Part shown: positions 56,075-64,000 of the stretch, in pieces
Layout of the letters: each line of letters starts with the position of its first letter
How positions within the stretch are numbered: the first letter of the stretch is position 1
Assembly (NCBI GenBank): GCA_951406725.2
Contig: OX597818.1
Span: 58,466,001-58,530,000 of the forward strand
Length of the DNA: 64,000 bases
Source of the DNA: Octopus vulgaris
Taxonomy: Eukaryota
Reading direction: 5' to 3'
Notes under the pieces: generated by a model
What the model saw: only the letters and a program-made list of their open reading frames with translations
Told to the model about the DNA's origin: nothing
The model's database searches: none
Translations under genes and position numbers: made by a program

Positions 56075-56715
56075 AGGCGGCGAGCTGGTAGAAACGCTAG
56101 CTCTATTTCGTCTGTCTTTACATTCTGAGTTCATAATTCCGCCGATGTCCACTTTGCTGCCTTTCATCCTTTTGGGGTCGATAAAGTAAGTACCAATTGC
56201 GTAATAGAGTCGATCTAATCGACTGGACCTCTCCCCCAAAATTTCAGGCGTTGTGCCTAGAGTAAATGAGATTATTTTAAAGCAGTTTGCTGCCAGAAAC
56301 GTTACCACGCAGGGTGAAATACTTAGCGGTATTTCTTCTGCCGTTACGTTCTGAGTTCAAATTCAGCCGAGGTCGATTTGCCTTTCATCCTTTCGAGGTC
56401 GATAAATTAAGTACCAGTTACGCACTAGGGTCGATATAATCGACTTAATCCGTTTGTCTGTCCTTCTTTGTCCACTCTATGTTTAGCCCCTTGTGGGTAA
56501 TAAAGAAACAGGTGTTTCGTTTGTCTACGTTTTGAGTTCAGATTTTGCCGAGACCGACTTTGCCGAGACCGACTTTGCCGAGACCGACTTTGCCGAGACC
56601 GACTTTGCCTTTCATCCTTTCGGGGTAGATAAATGAATGACCAGATGCGTACTAGGGTTGATCTAACCAACTGCTCCCTCCCCACAAAAGTTCGGGCGTT
56701 TTGCCCAGAGTAGAA
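56075..56715 (+). mobile_element. SINE C tandem array with internal 15-bp x4 repeat
   Basis: Three C units; (tttgccgagaccgac)x4 at 56544-56609. Confidence 0.8.
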
Positions 56716-56793
56716 AATAATATATGTGTATTAAGTTAGTCAACTTGGTATTCGGCATTCAAATTATTGCAGTCACACACACACATACACACA

Positions 56794-56842
<49 letters not shown>

Positions 56843-57534
56843 ACAATACACACACAAGCATACAAACAAACAAGCATACAAACACACAAACTAGATAAAT
56901 TTAAAAGTCAATTGTTTAAAGATATATAAAGACATATAAAAGAGACATTTAACTCCACAGATTAAAATGTTTAACTTAGGGGAATTCGATCAATATTTTA
57001 TAAGAGAAATAAATATATTGAATATTATTTCTCAAATAAAAAATATATACACTAAATAGGGTTATATATTTTTTTTTCGGGCGATTTTCCTTAATCACTC
57101 TTAGACACATCACATTTTATATTAATCCAATTTCTTCTAGGTTTCCGCTGAATTATTCTTGTTTCGTAAATTACTCGTCGCTAATTAATTACAAATACAC
57201 TGTTTGTGATCCTACGCGACGCAGGCTAAACAGTATGTAAATACGCTAATTACAATAATGACATTAACAATTATTTCTTGTTAAATTAATAGCAATCATT
57301 AATTTATTTTCGAAATTACAACGAAATTTGTTATCGATTCTGCTCCGAAAGCAAATGCAAGAAAAAAATATCTAAGAACAACAATAACTCCAATGTCGAT
57401 ACGCCGCAAGATGAAGAATTATCCAGCTTATCACTAAGTGGAATAATAAATATAATTCCCACTTGTTAAATAATTAGTATTTCAAAACTGGAGGCAGGCC
57501 GGACATTTATTGTGGATTGATTTGTACCAAATAT

Positions 57535-58305
57535 TCTTTTCTACCCTAGGCACAAGTCCTGAAATTTTGGGGGAAGGGGCCAGTCGACTAGATCAACCCC
57601 AGTACGCAACTGGTATTTTATTTATTGACCACGAAAGGATGAAAGACATAGTTGACCTCGCCGGAATTTGAACTACGGGTGTAAAGACGTGCAAAATACC
57701 TATTTCTTTACTACCCACAAGGGGCTAGACACAGAGAGGTCAAACAAGGACAGACAAATGGATTAAGTCGATTATATCGACCCCAGTGCGTAACTGGTAC
57801 TTATTTAATCGACCCCAAAAGGATGAAAGGTAAAGTCGACCTCGGCGGAATTTGAACTCAGAATGTAACGCCAGTCTAAATACCTATTTCTATTTCTTTA
57901 CTACCCAGAAGGGGCTAAACACAGAGGAGACAAACAAGGACAGACAAACGGAGTAAGTCGATTATATCAACGGTAATGTACAACTGGTACTTATTTAATT
58001 GACCCCAAAAGGATGAAAGGCAAAGTCGACCTCGGCAGAATTTGAACTCAGAATGTAACGGCAGACGAAATACCTATTTTTTACTACCCACAAGGGGCTA
58101 AACACAGAGAGGACACACAAGGACAAACAAACGGATTAAGTCGATTATATCGACCCCAGTGCGTAACTGGTACTTATTTAATCGACCTCGAAAGGATGAA
58201 AGGCAAAATCGACCTCGGCGGAATTTGAACTCAGAACGTAACGGCAGACGAAATACGGCTTCGCGTTTCGCCCGGCGTGCTAGCGTTTCTGCCAACTCGC
58301 CATCT
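57535..58305 (-). mobile_element. SINE C head-to-tail tetramer
   Basis: gacctcgNcNgaatttgaact at ~57654, 57838, 58028, 58211 (~185-bp period); single head at ~58300. Confidence 0.85.
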
Positions 58306-58376
58306 TATTTGTACCAAATATCACCAAAAAATTTATGAATAGCACATGAAATCTTTTGAAAATGCAATATATATTA

Positions 58377-58796
58377 TCTCTCTCTATATAAACGGCAGTT
58401 TGTCTGTCTGTGTGTCTGTCAGGTTGTACCCTCACCCTGACCACGGCTTTCAACCGATTCTAATGAAACTTGACACACACATAGCCCAATGTCATAATTT
58501 AAAACTAACGCAGCGAAAATTTTGAAAAGTTCTACCAATTCTAAAATAATCGATAAATTCGACATGGGGTCGAGAATCTAAGCTTTTTATATGCAACACA
58601 TTTTCTTTCTAGGGGACACAACTCGACAGCTAGGGACAGCTAGGAACATTGTATACACAGAAGTATTCGAGTGAAGAGAAGACATTGCAACCTACACATG
58701 CGCCTTCGTTCCCTAGAGGGAAAGGACTAGATTGGGATTAGTCGTTGCCTACTAGGGGCTCTTACATACCCGGGAAACGCCGGGCTATGCTGTTAG
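58377..58796 (+). mobile_element. Non-autonomous Helitron
   Basis: A|TC start; hairpin cccgggaaacgccggg; TTAG|T end. Confidence 0.7.
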
Positions 58797-59364
58797 TATA
58801 TTATAAAGCAAATCTTCTTTGCTTTCCCTTCGGCGTGCTATCGTTACGGAGGTTTGATTGTATCAAATTCTTTATAAAATGATTGAACCTTTACCTTTTG
58901 ACCGACAGATGTACAAAATAATTAGTTGTAACTAAACACTTTCAAACTTCGTATACTTGTAGAATGTCTCGCATAGAATGTGTCACGTAAGAGCAATGAT
59001 AAATGTAGGATGGGAGGTTAGAATCAATAATTTATTAATTATTTACTCGGTTACAAATAGACATGATTATAATGAGACTTTAATGTGCCTTGTTTTTGAC
59101 GAAATTACTTGATCTCACATAGTTTTATAAAAATGTAGATTAATGTAGGTGGGCTGATTAACATTTTCTTAAACGGAGAATTATCTTGTAGATATACTAT
59201 GCATTAGACGACAGCTTACAAAATCAGAGATGTGCGGTTAGACGCGTTGCATCTTCCATTATATAGAACTATATATTCGTAAACTATGACTCCTCTTACC
59301 TATGTAATTGTTCACGTATTCCTGTTGATATGATTAGATTATGTCTGCGTATGTACTTATCAGT

Positions 59365-59428
<64 letters not shown>

Positions 59429-59466
59429 GCATATATATATATATATACATATATATATGCATATAT

Positions 59467-59580
59467 TGGCCTGCTCGCTTAGCCAGCGTGGTGGCGTCAT
59501 TTGAAGGCTAAAACAATGCGAAGCGCATTGTGACCAGCGATGTGTAGCAACCTCTGATGGCCTGATCGGTCACGGTGATA
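59467..59580 (+). mobile_element. Isolated tail of SINE variant A2 in (TA)n
   Basis: Reverse complement of 62351-62468. Confidence 0.75.
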
Positions 59581-61125
59581 TGCATATATATGTACACATG
59601 TACATACATATATATGCATATGCATACTAATATATATATATAATATACATAATATATATATATGTATTTATTTATATGTGCATATATGTTGACGTATATG
59701 TACATACATCTATACTTAGATATATACATGTAAATGTGGACAAAGGACGTCACGAAACGTGTACAACAAAAAATACGAAGTACGAGTACATGGAATATGA
59801 ACTATTTTTTTCGAGCAATGAAAGACACGAATGTAAAACAAGACAAAGAACTACCCTTCATCAGTTGTTGGCTGATGAAGGGTCGTGTTTCGAGCATATA
59901 CTAAAATAATGAAAAGATATTTTAATTGAAATTTATTTTTCTTTTCACTAAATCAACCTCCACATTTGTAATTATCACATACATATGACCCTATAACGCC
60001 GGTGATCTGGAACAACAGATCAATAATACATCGCTAAAAATACCTCATGTAAATTCCTAATAATCTGCTCTTGCAGACAACGACAAATACGGAATCAAAC
60101 GAAATATTAAAGCTTTTGTATCATTAACGTTAATGTTGTCAATTATTGTTTTGTGAATTTTGAACCAAAATTATCAGCAATAAACACACTGTATTCTGAA
60201 AAAGAATTTCGTTGTTGTACCGTATCACTTTTTCTTAAATTATCCAATGTAACCATAGAAATAGATGACATTGCTTTGTTCCTCCCGACACATAAAAATG
60301 CTCCGTCTTTTTAAAATTTCACTCTTTTGTTTAAAAAATATTATCATAGTTTAAACAGACTGTCTCTAATTAATATTGACATGAAAGTATAGGCTATTGT
60401 AACAAAGAATATGACAGTGATTTATTAAATTAAGTTTACAAATGTCCAAATGATGTGACCTTCAGATGTCTTTAAAAAAACAAACAAACGAAGATGTTTG
60501 GTAAATTCAAAGCATGTCTTAATGCTAATCTCTATTAAGAATTGACATTTGAGACATTCAAGAATTATCAGCTTGAAAGAATATTCTTCGACGTTGTGCG
60601 CTTAGCATCAGATTGTTATTTGTACAAGGACAAACATGCTCATACAGACTTATAATCACGTTAATAATAATAAGAAAATACCCGCATGCATACACATATA
60701 TGTACACACAAACACACACACAAACATTCACACAAATATGTAGAATTACAGTATGTTCGACGATGGCTGAAGCATCTTAGTCACCCATAACAATATTCCT
60801 GTTTAAGAATAATAAATTATTATTGTCTTTGATATTTCGTTTTTGGATTTGGTTTGCAAGATTATTTGTATGAGTTCGTGTGTTGAAGCATATTCTGTTG
60901 TGTCTGGAGAGAGACATTTTTTTGCCTTATAATGTAACACACTCACCGGTAAAATTTCCACTTTTTTCTTATTTTTATTTTCCTAAACTTTTCGTTCCGT
61001 CTTGCAACCTTTTCAATATTGAAAACTATTGAAAGAGTTGCAAGGCACAACCAAAATGACTCTCCCCAGACAAAACAGAATTTTCTTTGATAGCATAACA
61101 TAAAATGTTAATTAAAGCACACACG

Positions 61126-61160
<35 letters not shown>

Positions 61161-61622
61161 TTATATACAAGGCAGGATGTGTGCGTATGTGTGTACGTGA
61201 ATGTAATTTATGTACGCCCACAAATTAGCACGCATGCCGCTTCAAATTTAGGAAGACATTCATCATGATTCTAGCTGTATTTTCGTCAACTTATAATTAC
61301 CAGAGGCACCAGCGAATAGCATTAACAAAATATTTCAACCAAAACTTTTAACAATTTTCAAGTCGGAGAAATGACCATTGTTTGCAAACATGAGTTGAGT
61401 CCCCTTCTAGCGACGGGTAAGTTTTTGTTAATAACTTTTGTAGTTGATTTTTTTTCCATCGAGTTCAAAGTCTTTTATTGATATACGAGCAACACACACA
61501 CGAACATATATGCGTACAAAAAACATGTATGCAATAGGTGTACGTACGTACGTGTGTGTATGTGTGTGTGTTTTGCTCATATTCATACATACAGGCAGAC
61601 AGACACGCACACACACTCACAC

Positions 61623-61686
<64 letters not shown>

Positions 61687-61814
61687 GGATAAACCAATTT
61701 CAACGGATTTCGCCCCAAATTTATGTCGATGATACTAAGTTTGGTTTGAAATATAGAGCTTGATTACCTTAAACATCCTAACTTAATCCCAGGCAAAGCC
61801 TGGTTATACTGCTA

Positions 61815-61878
<64 letters not shown>

Positions 61879-61919
61879 ATATATCTATATATATATATAT
61901 ATGTAGTTCCCGGGTAATC

Positions 61920-62290
61920 GTGGCACTCCATCGGTTGCGAAGACGACGGGATTTCCAGTTGGTCCAGTGAACGGAACAGGCTGCTCGTAAAATCAACGTG
62001 CATGTAGCTGAGCACTACGCAGACACGTGTACCATTAACGTAGTTCTCGGGGAGATTCAGCGTGACACAGTGTCTGACAAGTTTGGCCCTTTGAGATACA
62101 CGTACAACAGAAACAGGAAGAAAGATTGAGAGAACGTTGTGGTGAAAGACTGCAGCAGGATTCGTCACCCTGTCGGAACCTTGTTGAGCTTTAGGCGTTT
62201 TCGCTCAATAAACACTTACAACGCCCGATCTGAGAATCGAAACCGCCATCCTATATCTGCGAGTCCGCCACCCTAAACACTGGGCAGTAG
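61920..62290 (-). mobile_element. Diverged SINE family A
   Basis: Family A body and head. Confidence 0.8.
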
Positions 62291-62291
62291 C

Positions 62292-62762
<471 letters not shown>

Positions 62763-64000
62763 GATTGTGCGTGTTTGTCTTCGTGTGTGTGTGTGTATGT
62801 GTGTTTGCGTAGTGCTTCTGTGAGTTTTGTTTACATTCATTTTAGAGATTCCATGCCTGTCGCTGACATGATTTTTGAGTCAAAATATTTTCCAGCGTAT
62901 TTTTTAAAAATATGCTGCTTGATCTAGCTATGAACACACCTAATTGTATGTGTTTCTTCGTTGAAATTATCTCGTTCACATATATAAAAATGTAATGTGT
63001 CTTAATAACATATTTTATGTAGGTTTCAAATTTTGGTACTAGGCCAGCAATTTTGGAGGGAAAGTGTAAATCGATTACATGGGTCCCGGTGAAGTGCTGG
63101 TACTTCTACTTTTGACACTGAAGAGATTTGTGGCAAGTCTTTCTCGGCGAAAATCGAACTCAGAACGTTCAGGTTTGTGCGTGAGTGTGGAGACACATGC
63201 ACAAACCTTAACAAATCTGAAATATATCTACACAGATTCAGCTATGAAATGAATTCCTATGTAATTCGTACGTAATTGTGATTGTATAAAAAATATATTC
63301 AGGTAGGGATGCACTTATGTTCACACGTTAGAAATGCCAGATGATTGTCAAAGGTAACGTCAATGTATCACGTGTTCGTTGGAGGAAGGAAATATTTAAC
63401 TTTTTACAAATTTCCAAAGAAAGCATTTTGAAATTTTCCAGAGAATGTTAATGGCTCATTTGTATTATTTTGTGTGTGTTAGCGGAATCTTTAGAGAGTT
63501 GAATGCGCATTTTGTATGATGTGTGGTCACGAACTGACATTAACATTATCCATTGAATTTTCGAGAGCTGATATTTGGGGCTAGAAATGGCTTCTTAGCC
63601 GTACTGAAGGCAATCTATCTAGGGAGATAACCTTACAATAAATCACTCGGTCCGTAGCTTAGAAATACTGGGTTGACGTCCAGCGGGAACAGCTTTGTTT
63701 CATGGAGGAGGAATTATCTTCTTTAGTACTTGGTTGTACAATGCTTTCCAATGTGTGTAGTAGTGGCGCGCGCACACATTATTAGCCATTTGACTATGAA
63801 AGTCTCGACCACGGGCGAACAATGATGATGATGTTTGTCTCTACAAGACTTGGAAGCATCTGTGCCACTCCATCGCTTTTTTTCTAGCAACACTCCGACT
63901 TAAATTTCAATGAAAGCAAGTATAAATCTACATAGATGTGGTTATAAAAATGCGTTTCTTTAAAATTTTATCTCTTCCCTTTCTCCACGGAACACCTCAT

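Noticed and set aside
56544-56609. CRISPR-like repeat
   Set aside because: 15-bp tandem units without spacers inside a SINE; eukaryotic context.
59800-59900. CTGATGAAGGG inverted pair and minus-strand GAAA
   Set aside because: An 11-bp hairpin is real, but stem III and stem I cannot be closed into a full HHR.

Overview
AT-rich, microsatellite-saturated eukaryotic DNA. The SINE repertoire resembles octopus/cephalopod genomes (inference). I recognise no host protein-coding exon, and almost all ORFs in the track are microsatellite read-throughs. The only long intact ORF is a 5'-truncated Penelope-like retroelement (PLE; RT + GIY-YIG, 32496-34304) inserted in (TA)n, with a hammerhead ribozyme (HHR) motif in its 3' region. 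The window also holds several tRNA-derived SINE families (labelled A, B, C, E here), non-autonomous Helitrons, MITEs, and relics of mariner/Tc1, hAT, CR1, R4/Dong-type and two older PLEs. The main finding is a set of at least five distinct non-coding repeat types carrying minimal type-I HHR motifs with a palindromic, dimer-requiring stem III. One is a fold-back element (family D) combining a tRNA-like Pol III head, a (TAA)n spacer and an HHR, inserted as a unit with 8-13 bp target-site duplications (TSDs). Another HHR has a compensatory G3-C8 swap in the catalytic core. All structures were read by eye, ribozyme activity is untested, and many element boundaries are approximate.
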